Shown piece by piece: positions 1-9,268 of a DNA stretch of 32,000 nucleotides; position 1 is the stretch's first letter; each line of letters opens with the position of its first letter. Source of the DNA: Pirellula staleyi DSM 6068 (lineage in GTDB: Bacteria; Planctomycetota; Planctomycetia; Pirellulales; Pirellulaceae); the NCBI GenBank assembly GCA_000025185.1, contig CP001848.1:2040001-2072000 (forward strand), written 5' to 3'. The notes below the pieces were generated by a model. That model ran no database searches and had not been told where the DNA came from. It was given only the letters and a program-made list of their open reading frames with translations. The translations under genes and the position numbers were made by a program.

Positions 1-304
1 GGCTAGGGAGTGCTACTGCCTGGGGGTAGCGTGCTGGCACCATTGCCCGATTTGACTGAACTCCGCACAGGTCCTGCAACTTACGGAAAACTGTCGCGGA
101 CGGAAAGGCGTCGAGACAACCATTCACACCCCATTTCAGTCGAGATCAGCCGCATCGCAACCTAGGCTCAGCGACAAAACAGTGTTAAAATTTGGAGTGC
201 CCGCGAGGCTGTCCCTATCAATCTGATTGAGCAGTGTCGCGTGGTTATTGGTCGCATGGATGCTCGGTACTCGGTGGTTCGACGGAAAGATTGCGGGGGA
301 TGTG

Positions 305-1132
305 ATGCTTTATAAACGACAGCGGCTCGAACTGAAGGAAACCGAACGCGAATCGATGCGCGCTGCTGGCCGCTTTAATGGCCGCGTGATGGATCTTGTG
401 CGCGAAAACATTCGCCCCGGCATCACCACTGGCGAGATCGATCGGCTGGTCGAAACCTTCACCCGCGATCATGGCCACGTTCCCGCGACGCTCGGCTATC
501 CCGGCCAGATGTACCCCTACCCCAAAAGTTGCTGCACCAGCGTGAACGACGTGATTTGTCACGGCATTCCTGGCGACTACGAACTGCGCGAGGGCGACAT
601 TGTGAACGTCGACCTCACCAGCATCGTCGCCGGTTGGCACGGCGATTCGTCTGAAACGTTTTTGATTGGCGAAGTGTCGGACATTTCGCGCCGCGTTTCG
701 CAGTGTGCGTTCGACTGCATGTGGCTTGCCATCGACGCCCTCACCCCTAACTGCCGCATCTCGGAAATCGGCGATGCGATTGTTCGGCACGCCCGCAAGT
801 GCGGTTTTAGCGTGGTGCAAGAGTACGTTGGTCACGGACTCGGTAAGAAGTTCCATCAGCCACCCACGATTCCTCACGATCCAACCCCCGAGAGCCGACG
901 TCAACGACTACAACCCGGCCTCTGCTTCACGATCGAGCCGATGATCAACAGCGGCGCGAAAGAAACTTTTCTCAGCAGCCGCGATGGCTGGACGGTTCGA
1001 ACCAAAGATGGAGGGCTGAGCGCCCAGTTCGAGCACACGATTCTGATGACCGAAGAAGGTCCCGAAGTCCTTACGCTCACCAAGCATGGTCCCCAGCGTG
1101 GCGATCAGCTGAAACTCTCGACGGGCAATTAG
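305..1132 (+). CDS. map: Type I methionine aminopeptidase
   Basis: The translation has the MetAP-I pattern (…CCTSVNDVICHGIP…DIVNVDLT…GWHGDSSETF…HGLGKKFH…FTIEPM…QFEHT). The track ORF starts at a TTG at 227. The ATG at 305 (MLYKRQRLELK…) gives the usual ~275 aa length and has a G-rich SD-like stretch upstream. Confidence 0.9.
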   Translation: MLYKRQRLELKETERESMRAAGRFNGRVMDLVRENIRPGITTGEIDRLVETFTRDHGHVPATLGYPGQMYPYPKSCCTSVNDVICHGIPGDYELREGDIVNVDLTSIVAGWHGDSSETFLIGEVSDISRRVSQCAFDCMWLAIDALTPNCRISEIGDAIVRHARKCGFSVVQEYVGHGLGKKFHQPPTIPHDPTPESRRQRLQPGLCFTIEPMINSGAKETFLSSRDGWTVRTKDGGLSAQFEHTILMTEEGPEVLTLTKHGPQRGDQLKLSTGN

Positions 1133-1168
1133 CGCCGCGAATCAACCTCATCCTCGAAGGAGCCGCAC

Positions 1169-2338
1169 GTGAAAATCATCTGCATTCATTGCGGCGGCTC
1201 CCTGACGATTGCAGCCGAGCAACTGGGCACCAAGGGGCGATGTCCACACTGCAAGCAGTCGATCACGCTCCCCAAGGCCGATGCTGCCAAATCGACGAGC
1301 GAAACGGATCGCCCGCGCGGAAGTGTCACCAGCGTGCTCGATAGCAGCCTCTCAGGGCTCGCGTCGCTCGTCATTCACCTCGTGATCATGCTGGTCATTG
1401 CGCTCACGCACAACGCCACCGAAGGAAGCGGCGAAGGACTTACCAATGATGTCCTGATCGGCATTCTTCCGAGCGAACAGCTCAGCGACACCATGGAAGA
1501 GCAGATCACCACCGACGCGGTGCAAAAAGATCAGTCGAGCGACGTGCTGAGCGAAACCTTGCAGGTCGAATCTCCAGCCGCGAGTTCCGCCGGTGAAGGA
1601 ATGCTTTCGCTCTCCGATCTTTCCCCAAGCGCGACCGACGGTGGGTCGATGGACCTCGGCACAGTGCAACTCGGTGGTGGGTCGATGGCTGGTGGCAGCT
1701 GGGATGGCATGCTGCAAAATCTCCGTCGAAACGGGCTCGATATCGTGATTTGTTTCGATAGCACCGGCAGTATGTCGGGCGAGATCACGCAAGTGAAACG
1801 CCAGATCGAACAGATCGGAACTACCTTAGTGACGCTTGTTCCCAAAGCGCGAATCAGCATCTGCACCTATCGCGACGAGGGTGATGAGTACGTCGTCAAA
1901 GGGTGCCCACTCACCGGAAGTATTCAGGAAGTTTCGGGCTACCTCGGAAATATCTCGGCAGGTGGTGGTGGCGATCTTCCGGAAGCTGTCGAAGAAGGTT
2001 TGTACTACGCTTCCAGTCAAAACCGTTTTCGTCCTCAAGCTCGCAAAGTGATTTTGATTTTTGGCGATGCCCCGCCACATCCTGAAAAACTAGCGCGCTG
2101 TGTGGAACTGGCGACCAGTTTTCGCAAGCAACACAATGGTGTGGTCAGCACAGTCACATGCCGTGCGATTGAGCCACTTCCTGAGTTCTACGAGATTGCA
2201 GTTGCCGGTGGTGGCGAGGCATTCCTCACGACCGATCAGAAACAAATCGTTTCGCAGCTGATGGTGCTCGTCTTTGGAAGTCAGCATCGCAGCAAAGTGC
2301 TCGAGGCTTTCAAGTTGCTCGATGCCGCTGGTGAATGA
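1169..2338 (+). CDS. Membrane-anchored von Willebrand factor A (vWA) domain protein with an N-terminal zinc ribbon
   Basis: GTG start preceded by GAAGGAG. Two CxxC pairs at the N-terminus (CIHCGG…CPHCKQ). One hydrophobic helix (LASLVIHLVIMLVIAL). A Ser/Gly/Asp-rich linker. The C-terminal vWA fold has a MIDAS-type DxSxS (ICFDSTGSM) and a later FGDAPPH. Confidence 0.8.
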   Translation: MKIICIHCGGSLTIAAEQLGTKGRCPHCKQSITLPKADAAKSTSETDRPRGSVTSVLDSSLSGLASLVIHLVIMLVIALTHNATEGSGEGLTNDVLIGILPSEQLSDTMEEQITTDAVQKDQSSDVLSETLQVESPAASSAGEGMLSLSDLSPSATDGGSMDLGTVQLGGGSMAGGSWDGMLQNLRRNGLDIVICFDSTGSMSGEITQVKRQIEQIGTTLVTLVPKARISICTYRDEGDEYVVKGCPLTGSIQEVSGYLGNISAGGGGDLPEAVEEGLYYASSQNRFRPQARKVILIFGDAPPHPEKLARCVELATSFRKQHNGVVSTVTCRAIEPLPEFYEIAVAGGGEAFLTTDQKQIVSQLMVLVFGSQHRSKVLEAFKLLDAAGE

Positions 2339-2429
2339 GCAGCCGTTTCACAGCGCCATCGCTACCTAGTCTGGCCTTGTCTAGGAACGAGCAGCTTAGG
2401 ATCGATCCTCTCCAGGAGTTCTACGGATC

Positions 2430-3191
2430 ATGTCGCGCACTCTGGTGTTGCTCGGAACGGCTGGCTATCACCCGAGCGATGTGCGCCAAACCAGCTGTTT
2501 GATGATTCCAGAGCTCGGCATTGTTCTCGATGCCGGAACTGGTTTTTATCGCACGCGCGAATTTCTCCAGACATCGACGCTCGACATCTTTCTGTCGCAT
2601 GTGCACCTCGATCATGTGATCGGACTCACCTATCTCTTCAACGTCGTGGATCGCCGCGATATGCAGCGTGTGGCAGTGCATGGTGAAGCTGCCAAACTTG
2701 CAGCGATCGAGAAGCACATGCTCGATACGACCCTCTTCCCGGTGCCGCTGCCATGTCAATGGCTGCCACTGACTGGTCCCGTCGCGATCGGCGGCGGTGG
2801 CACGCTGCGCACTTTTCCGCTGAAGCATCCCGGGGGATCGCTCGGCATGCGACTCGATTTTCCCGATGGTTCGCTGGCCTACATCACCGACACCACGGCT
2901 GCTAAGTCGGCTGACTACGTCCATGAAATTCGTGGCGTCGATCTACTGATCCACGAATGCAATTTTGCCGACGGCTACGAAGACTGGGCCGAAAAAACAG
3001 GCCACAGCTGCCTGACGCCTGTATGCGAAGTGGCGCGAGCCGCCGAAGCCAAACGATTGGTGCTGGTGCATCACAATCCAGTCGCGGATCAGCCCCGTCG
3101 AGCCCCGGAATTGGTGCTCGATCTGCAGCATGCTCGTTCCATCTTCCCGGCCGTCAGCATGGGAAACGACCGGGATCAATTTACATTCTAA
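2430..3191 (+). CDS. MBL-fold metallo-hydrolase (short RNase Z/PhnP-like class)
   Basis: HxHxDH motif (SHVHLDHVIG), later HPGGSLG, ITDT and HECNF/VHHNP motifs. AGGAG SD upstream of the ATG. Confidence 0.85.
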   Translation: MSRTLVLLGTAGYHPSDVRQTSCLMIPELGIVLDAGTGFYRTREFLQTSTLDIFLSHVHLDHVIGLTYLFNVVDRRDMQRVAVHGEAAKLAAIEKHMLDTTLFPVPLPCQWLPLTGPVAIGGGGTLRTFPLKHPGGSLGMRLDFPDGSLAYITDTTAAKSADYVHEIRGVDLLIHECNFADGYEDWAEKTGHSCLTPVCEVARAAEAKRLVLVHHNPVADQPRRAPELVLDLQHARSIFPAVSMGNDRDQFTF

Positions 3192-3227
3192 AAACTCGCT
3201 ACGATTAGCTTGGGCGATCACGCTCGG

Positions 3228-5342
3228 CTATTTGATGTCGATACCTAGCAGGTACTGATCGAGAGCACTTCGCAGTTTGGTTTCTTCGTCGATCGCAGCG
3301 GTAATGAGACCACGCAGGCGCTCAATCTCGTCCTCTTGCTCGGTGAATTTCGTGATATAGCGCCGGAAGAGATCCGACTCCTTCGGGAGCTGCGCCATGT
3401 TATCGCGGATTCGCTTCTGCTCTTGATCGATGACAACCACCTGACGATCGAGTTCAGCCCGCTTCTGCACAGCCTTCTGAATCGAATCCTTGCGAGCCAC
3501 AATCTCTTGCAGCGCCTTCTTCACTTCGGCTGAAACAACCGTTGCCTGCAGGTAGATCTGCACCTGATTGTTGTTCAGGTTGTTAGCCGCAAGTTGTTCG
3601 GTAAGCTGTTGCTCCTCATGGACCACCAGCGTGGCGGCTTTTCCAGGCTCGGCCTTCACGGCAAAGCGATAAAGGTCACGCGTTTTCTCCGACGGCTCGG
3701 CAGGCTCGAGTAGCTTCCAGTTAGCTACCACGGGGTACTCGATCAGCACCGTTTTCTCACTTTTTCCGCTGTTTTTGATGACATACGACTTCTTACGTTC
3801 CAGCTTCGTGCTGACAAACAGCACCCCTTTGGCCAGACGAATGCTGACGAGCGATTGCGGCGAATTCGTAAGCGATGGTGCCACTTCGGTATCGAGATCC
3901 ATCGCATAGCTGATGAGGCGTTCGGTGCCAGGCTGCAGATCTTGAATCTGTGCATCGCCGGCATAGGCCCCATCGTCGAACACAGTGATCGGACCCTGCA
4001 TCAAGTGCAGGTCGGTCGAGTTCTTCAGACGCAGTCCACTCAGTGGATGCTTGATGTGGCTCGCTTCGTTGTAGATCGAAACTTTGGATCCCTCGACCGA
4101 GTCGTTCACGATCGGCAGCATCGCGCTGGTGCTACGCGAGAGCTTTACTGGTGTGGCGATGGCGTATCGAAACATCTCGCCGACATCCGAAGCATTGGCG
4201 ACACTTTCGAGCGAGCTCTTCAGCGTAGCCCGATCGTAACCAGAACTCGGTGAGGCAAAACCGGGGGCAGGTGGTGCTGACGGAGCTGCGGCAGCCAGAT
4301 TCTTCCGTAGTTCGCGACTGCGAGCCAAACCGTCTTGCTTGCCTGCTTCCATTTGCTCGCCGAGCATGGCGAAATCTTGTTCGGCATCTTTCAGCGACTG
4401 ATCATACGTACGTGGACGTAGCGAAGCATAAAGCTCGGGCTTTACCTCAGGACGAGCCAAATAGAGTGGCTGATAGAGGTCCATCACAAACGAGATCGGC
4501 CGACCACTCACCAGCGTGAGATTCACATCGTTCCAGTCAGCTTCGGTAGTGTTCTCGACAATCGCCCAGCCTTGCAAAAGTGGCTGCTTGTCGTTGTCGA
4601 GCACGAGTCGATAGCTGGTCTTCCAAATCGGTGCCTCTTGGATATAGCCCACGCGCACTGCACGCTTGCCAGCACCGAGGAAATTCAGCGAAACAAGCTT
4701 CTTTTCTTGGGATTTTCCTGACGCGAGGACCAGCAGCGCTTGACGCAATTCGGCATCGAGCTTGGCGTTGGTGAGTTTGATGCGTCCCACATTGTCGAGC
4801 GATACACTTCGCAAGCCTTCGTCGGTCAGAAGGGTCAGGTACGACTGCTCGATCGTATCTTCTTTGCCAACAGCGACGATTCGTTTTTCAACGCCGATGA
4901 TCGTTCCAGCAACTTTGGTAGGAGCATCGATTTCGATCGCTTCGCCACGAATCTGTCCGAGAAGATCGGCGAGCGTTGGATTGCGCGTCAGATCGATCGA
5001 GAATGTCGACAGCGTTCGTGTGATCGGGTCTTTGCTACCGTACGATACTGTCGAAATGCGTCCTCCGCCAAGATCTTCGAGCACCATGCTCTTTAGTAGA
5101 TCGTTGATGTCTTTGACATTGAACTGGAGTTCAACTGCACTGTTCCCTTCGACTTCGCCTGCATGTTCGAAGAAGGCCACACCGCTGCTGTACATCACGA
5201 CACGTTTGATCGGGAGATCGCTCAAATTGGTTTCCTCGGCATGAAGCGTGGAGACAGCGACGATCATCACGAGCGACGATGTGGCTGTTCGAATCATCAT
5301 GGCAGCGAGTCGCGTGAGACGAAAGAGTGCAAACGACTTCAT
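3228..5342 (-). CDS. Secreted hypothetical protein, DUF4139/DUF4140-like, with a C-terminal coiled coil
   Basis: GGAGG SD, ATG start and an N-terminal signal-like hydrophobic segment. The N-terminal region (VVMYSSGVAFFEHAGEVEG…) and a later GPITVFDDGAYAGDAQIQDLQPGTE resemble the DUF4140/DUF4139 family from memory. The last ~110 aa are heptad-like and rich in charged residues. The family call is tentative. Confidence 0.7.
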   Translation of the reverse strand: MKSFALFRLTRLAAMMIRTATSSLVMIVAVSTLHAEETNLSDLPIKRVVMYSSGVAFFEHAGEVEGNSAVELQFNVKDINDLLKSMVLEDLGGGRISTVSYGSKDPITRTLSTFSIDLTRNPTLADLLGQIRGEAIEIDAPTKVAGTIIGVEKRIVAVGKEDTIEQSYLTLLTDEGLRSVSLDNVGRIKLTNAKLDAELRQALLVLASGKSQEKKLVSLNFLGAGKRAVRVGYIQEAPIWKTSYRLVLDNDKQPLLQGWAIVENTTEADWNDVNLTLVSGRPISFVMDLYQPLYLARPEVKPELYASLRPRTYDQSLKDAEQDFAMLGEQMEAGKQDGLARSRELRKNLAAAAPSAPPAPGFASPSSGYDRATLKSSLESVANASDVGEMFRYAIATPVKLSRSTSAMLPIVNDSVEGSKVSIYNEASHIKHPLSGLRLKNSTDLHLMQGPITVFDDGAYAGDAQIQDLQPGTERLISYAMDLDTEVAPSLTNSPQSLVSIRLAKGVLFVSTKLERKKSYVIKNSGKSEKTVLIEYPVVANWKLLEPAEPSEKTRDLYRFAVKAEPGKAATLVVHEEQQLTEQLAANNLNNNQVQIYLQATVVSAEVKKALQEIVARKDSIQKAVQKRAELDRQVVVIDQEQKRIRDNMAQLPKESDLFRRYITKFTEQEDEIERLRGLITAAIDEETKLRSALDQYLLGIDIK

Positions 5343-5716
5343 CGGAGCGATCCTCCAGCAGATAAGTTTTTCGCTCGGCAGAGCGAGGAATCTCGGGGAC
5401 AGATATTAGGATGCGAGCACTTTGTGAAGCGATCGCTTTGAGACGCGAGGGGAGCTAGGAAGCGGGGACCACCCCGCAGGGAGTCTACTTCACGTCCTCA
5501 CCACAGTCAGACGATGCTCGTCCAGAAAACGTTCTTGAGTCCCCTAAAAACGGCGTAAGAACCACTCGCGGAGCTAGCGCCAGTGGACCGCGAGATGCCC
5601 GTAATGGCCCGATCGCCGTGCCAATGGGCCAGAGAATGCCCCAGCTGATTCGCGGGATAGGGAATGTGATCTCAGCGAACTGCCGGGGCCGAGATCAAGA
5701 TTTCGCGAAGAAGGGG

Positions 5717-6985
5717 CTAAACCACAGCGCTGGACGCGAGCGAGTGCCGACGATTATCGGGTTTCACCAGCACCAGCTGAACGAGCCCGAGTTGCTGTTC
5801 GCGAAAGCCACCCTCGCAGTAGCAAAGGTAGTACTCCCACATGCGCAGAAATTCGTCGCCGAGGTTCATGTCCCGCAACTTCGGCAGCACGCTGAAGAAG
5901 TTCCTTCGCCAGTCGGCTAGTGTGCGGGCATAGTGCTGCGGGGCATCTTCGAGGTGAAAGATTTTCAGATCAGTCGCGCGTCGTACTGAGGTCGCCATGC
6001 TTTCCACACTCGGCAAACAGCCACCGGGAAAGATGTACCGCTGTATGAAGTCGACACTCTTCAAGTAGTTCTGGTGCAGCTGATCGGCTAGCGTAATGCC
6101 TTGAATCAGCGCGAGACCATTGGGCTTGAGCAGCTTGCTGCAGGTTGCAAAGTACTGATCGAGGAACTCGTGTCCCACCGCTTCGATCATTTCGATACTG
6201 ACAAGCTTGTCGAAGGTCCCTTCCATCTGACGATAGTCGCGTAGCACAATCGTGACACGATCGGAGAGTCCAGCCTCGCGAACCTTTTCGGTAGCGAAAT
6301 CAAACTGCCGCTGTGAAATGGTGATGCCGGTTACACGGCACCCACAGGTCTGCGCGGCATGGATGGCAAGACCTCCCCAGCCGCAACCGATTTCGAGCAA
6401 GTGATCGGAAGCCTGGAGGTCGAGTTTTTCGCAGATACGCTGAAACTTATGCTGCTGCGCTTCTGCGAGAGAACTGTTCGCCGCAGGATAAATAGCGGAA
6501 CTATAAGCCATCGAATGATCGAGCCACGACGAAAAGAAATCATTGCCCAGATCGTAGTGCGCCGCAATGTTTCGCTTGCTTCCCGTTTCGCTATTGCCTT
6601 GACGCCAGTGCCAAAGTCGCAACAGCGGCTGCACCACAAATCCAGCTGCCGATTCCAGAGCGCTCATCGCTTTAGAGTTGCGAATCATCAGCCGAACGAC
6701 GTTCGTCAGATCGGGCGTGCTCCAGTCGCCATCCATATAGCTTTCAGCTGCGGCAATCGAGCCACCGAGTGCGATGCGGCGAAACATTCGATCGTGGTGA
6801 ACGCGAATCTCGGCGACAAGATTGTCAGCGGACTTCTCTCCGAACTGGTGCGTCGTACCGTCGAGTATGAGATGAAGTTCGCCAGCGACGAGCGTGCGTA
6901 ATTTCGCAAGCACACCTCCGCGCATGCGGGCATCGATCCACGACAGCTTTGCGGGGGAAGCTCGCTCAGGAGCGTTGCTTTTCAC
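5717..6985 (-). CDS. cfa: Cyclopropane-fatty-acyl-phospholipid synthase family SAM-dependent methyltransferase
   Basis: Hallmark CMAS motifs are present: HYDLGNDFFSSWLD, LLEIGCGWGGLAIHAA and YYLCYCEGGF. The track ORF runs to 7114, which would overlap the upstream gene by 133 nt. A GTG at 6985 forms a GTGA start/stop junction with the DUF1365 stop. The alternative ATG is at 6925. The start is uncertain. Confidence 0.88.
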   Translation of the reverse strand: MKSNAPERASPAKLSWIDARMRGGVLAKLRTLVAGELHLILDGTTHQFGEKSADNLVAEIRVHHDRMFRRIALGGSIAAAESYMDGDWSTPDLTNVVRLMIRNSKAMSALESAAGFVVQPLLRLWHWRQGNSETGSKRNIAAHYDLGNDFFSSWLDHSMAYSSAIYPAANSSLAEAQQHKFQRICEKLDLQASDHLLEIGCGWGGLAIHAAQTCGCRVTGITISQRQFDFATEKVREAGLSDRVTIVLRDYRQMEGTFDKLVSIEMIEAVGHEFLDQYFATCSKLLKPNGLALIQGITLADQLHQNYLKSVDFIQRYIFPGGCLPSVESMATSVRRATDLKIFHLEDAPQHYARTLADWRRNFFSVLPKLRDMNLGDEFLRMWEYYLCYCEGGFREQQLGLVQLVLVKPDNRRHSLASSAVV

Positions 6986-7923
6986 GCCAGGGGAGTTGGA
7001 CTTGGGATTGCCTGATTCGGTCGTGTCGCCGGGTGGGAGAACGAGGGACATTTCTTGATCCATAGTCGCAGAGCCTCGAAGTAAATCGCTGCCACCACCT
7101 TGGCAGGCATCCAAACATGTTGTCGTTCAAGCGATCGCAATCGAGCGTGAGTCAGTTCGGAGCGTCGCATTAAGAGCGTGGCATCAAACAGAGGTGAAAC
7201 GGGTCTTTTTTCTCGGGAAATATCAGTGGTTTTCAGGTTTTCATCAGAGGAATCGGTCGCAGGTCGCAGTTCACTTGGCCAGTTCGAAAGGTGTACCGTC
7301 AATTGGTCGCCCGGTGCACGAAAATGCCAACGATACTGTTGTTCCATCGGCATGAACGGCGAGACGTGAAACGCTTTCTCATGGCGAAACGAGAGTCCTC
7401 GCGCCGACCGATTTCCGTGGTGAAGCACATAGTGATGTCGCTCACGCCACGGGATGTTGTTTACCTCTGCCACAATCGCTTCCACTTCCGTGCCGGATGC
7501 ATCAAAGCAGTAGTAGAGATTGAGCGGGCTAAAGAAGTATCCGAAGTAACGCAGATGGGTGAGGAGCCGAATCGGACCCACGGGACGCTGGCCACTCTCG
7601 TGCTCGACATGATCTCGGATAAATGTGTCGACCGATGCGAAGTCGGAGTTGGTAGGTGGTGACTGAGGAGCTCGTCCCGTATGAATTGGAGGAGTTAGTT
7701 CACGCGTGTTGCTCGAGTCTTTGAGTTTGGGAAGAGGCAGATGATCGCTGGGCCAAAGAGCGCGCGACGACCAGCCTCGCTCGCAAGTGAAAAAACCTTG
7801 GCGGGCAAGTTCGGGGACTTCAGCCAGATCAAGATAGAGCAGAAAAAGTGGGTACTTAAACTGATGCTCTACAGGGCCGAAGCGGCGGTGCTGAACCCTT
7901 CCTTCGTAGAGACAACTCTGCAT
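6982..7923 (-). CDS. DUF1365 family protein
   Basis: From the ATG at 7923 the protein begins MQSCLYEGRVQHRRFGPVEHQFKYPLFLLYLDL, the typical DUF1365 N-terminus. The track ORF's extra 42 codons (to 8049) lie inside the upstream gene and are probably not translated. Confidence 0.88.
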   Translation of the reverse strand: MQSCLYEGRVQHRRFGPVEHQFKYPLFLLYLDLAEVPELARQGFFTCERGWSSRALWPSDHLPLPKLKDSSNTRELTPPIHTGRAPQSPPTNSDFASVDTFIRDHVEHESGQRPVGPIRLLTHLRYFGYFFSPLNLYYCFDASGTEVEAIVAEVNNIPWRERHHYVLHHGNRSARGLSFRHEKAFHVSPFMPMEQQYRWHFRAPGDQLTVHLSNWPSELRPATDSSDENLKTTDISREKRPVSPLFDATLLMRRSELTHARLRSLERQHVWMPAKVVAAIYFEALRLWIKKCPSFSHPATRPNQAIPSPTPLA

Positions 7924-9167
7924 GAATCGAGATCTTTTCCAAATTCTCGAGCGACTTGTAGCGCGCTCACCACACCATCCTCGTGAAAGCCATTTCTCCA
8001 ATAAGCACCGCAAAACCACGTGTTTCGCGGGCCGTTGATCGTTTTCCAAGCTGCTTGTGCGCCGAGCGATTCAGGGCCAAAGACGGGATGGCTGAACTGC
8101 AGCACCTGGATCCGTTTCGAAGGTTCGACAGAGTGCGTGAAGTTGAGCGTTGCCAAAATCGGACGAGGTGCTCGCACATTTTGCAGCCGGGTGAGATCGT
8201 AAGTCACCGCGACGTTTCCATTGCCCTCTTTGGGGGTGAGATAATTCCAACTGGCCCATGCGCGACGAGCTCGTGGCAAAATCGCGGTGTCGGTGTGAAT
8301 CACCACTTCATTAGGTTGGTAGGGAAACGCGCTCAGCAGCCGCCGCTCTTGCTGGTCGGCATCGCTGAGCATCGCCAAACTCTGATCGGCATGCGAGGCG
8401 AGCACCACATGATCAAATCGTTCGACACCCAACGGCGTGGTGAGATAAACGGAGCCCGCTTCGCGCGAGATACTAGTGACCGGCGTTGATGTCCGAACTT
8501 CAGCCAAAGGGGTGATCAGCTTCGCGATGTAGCGACGTGCGCCCCCGGGAATTGTCCGCCACACGGGACGATCAAGCACTTGCAGAAGACCGTGATTGTG
8601 AAAGAACCGCAGGATGAAAAGAGCTGGAAAATCGAGCATCTTTTCGGGCCTGGCCGACCAAATTGCGGCTCCCATCGGGATCAGATATTGGTCGATGAAT
8701 CGGCGGCTATAGCTCCGTTCGCGAACAATCTCACCGAGCGATCGATGCTCGAGTTTTTCAGGCGAGGTGAGTAGCTGCGGAGCTTCGCGGTTAAAACGAA
8801 GAATATCGGCGATCATGCAGTAGTGCGGAACACTCAGCAAGTTGTGCAGCTGTGCAAAGAGTCCACCCAGGGAGCCTTCATACTCGAGCCCTGTTCGTTC
8901 GCACTTCACCCCAAACGACATGTCGGTTGGCTGTGATTCGATCTCCAGCTTGTCGAGCAGTTTGCAGAAGTTCGGATAGGTGCGTTCGTTGAACACCATG
9001 AAGCCGGTATCGACGGGATAGTTGGTCCCATCGATATCGACGTCGAGCGTGCAGGTATGACCTCCGAGCGTTGGCGCTGATTCTAGTAACGAAACTTCGT
9101 GCTCACTTGCCAATAAGTTGGCAGCAAGAAGTCCGCTGATGCCGGAACCAACAACCGCAATTCGCAT
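7869..9167 (-). CDS. NAD(P)/FAD-dependent oxidoreductase, amine-oxidase/phytoene-desaturase-like
   Basis: N-terminal dinucleotide fold MRIAVVGSGISGLLAANLL…LLESAPTLGGH and a C-terminal FCGAYWRNGFHEDG motif. This is the usual partner of DUF1365 and CFA synthase. Confidence 0.9.
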   Translation of the reverse strand: MRIAVVGSGISGLLAANLLASEHEVSLLESAPTLGGHTCTLDVDIDGTNYPVDTGFMVFNERTYPNFCKLLDKLEIESQPTDMSFGVKCERTGLEYEGSLGGLFAQLHNLLSVPHYCMIADILRFNREAPQLLTSPEKLEHRSLGEIVRERSYSRRFIDQYLIPMGAAIWSARPEKMLDFPALFILRFFHNHGLLQVLDRPVWRTIPGGARRYIAKLITPLAEVRTSTPVTSISREAGSVYLTTPLGVERFDHVVLASHADQSLAMLSDADQQERRLLSAFPYQPNEVVIHTDTAILPRARRAWASWNYLTPKEGNGNVAVTYDLTRLQNVRAPRPILATLNFTHSVEPSKRIQVLQFSHPVFGPESLGAQAAWKTINGPRNTWFCGAYWRNGFHEDGVVSALQVAREFGKDLDSCRVVSTKEGFSTAASAL

Positions 9168-9268
9168 CCAAGGCTCGGCTTTCGTGAGGGAGGTAAGGTC
9201 AACTTAACAGGGTGTACATCAGCGGAACGAATCAATTCTCAGAATTCGCCACAACTGAAGCGAATAGT

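Noticed and set aside
245-904. 219-aa ORF antisense to map, and similar long antisense ORFs elsewhere (13395-14117, 16823-17581, 19048-19797, 2421-2924, 19936-20496)
   Set aside because: Each is nested in, or opposite to, a gene with strong family motifs. None has a recognisable domain. They are expected at this GC content.
1169-5342. Possibility that the vWA protein, MBL hydrolase and DUF4139-like protein form a defence or conflict system
   Set aside because: No ATPase, nuclease, protease, STAND/NTPase or other hallmark partner is present. The DUF4139-like gene is convergent rather than co-oriented with the other two. All three families are common stand-alone genes in planctomycete-type genomes.
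5462-5477. GCGGGG-ACCA-CCCCGC hairpin in the 374-bp gap between cfa and the DUF4139-like gene
   Set aside because: The stem is short, there is no adjacent U-tract on either strand, and the position fits neither gene end well. There is not enough evidence to call it a terminator or an RNA element.
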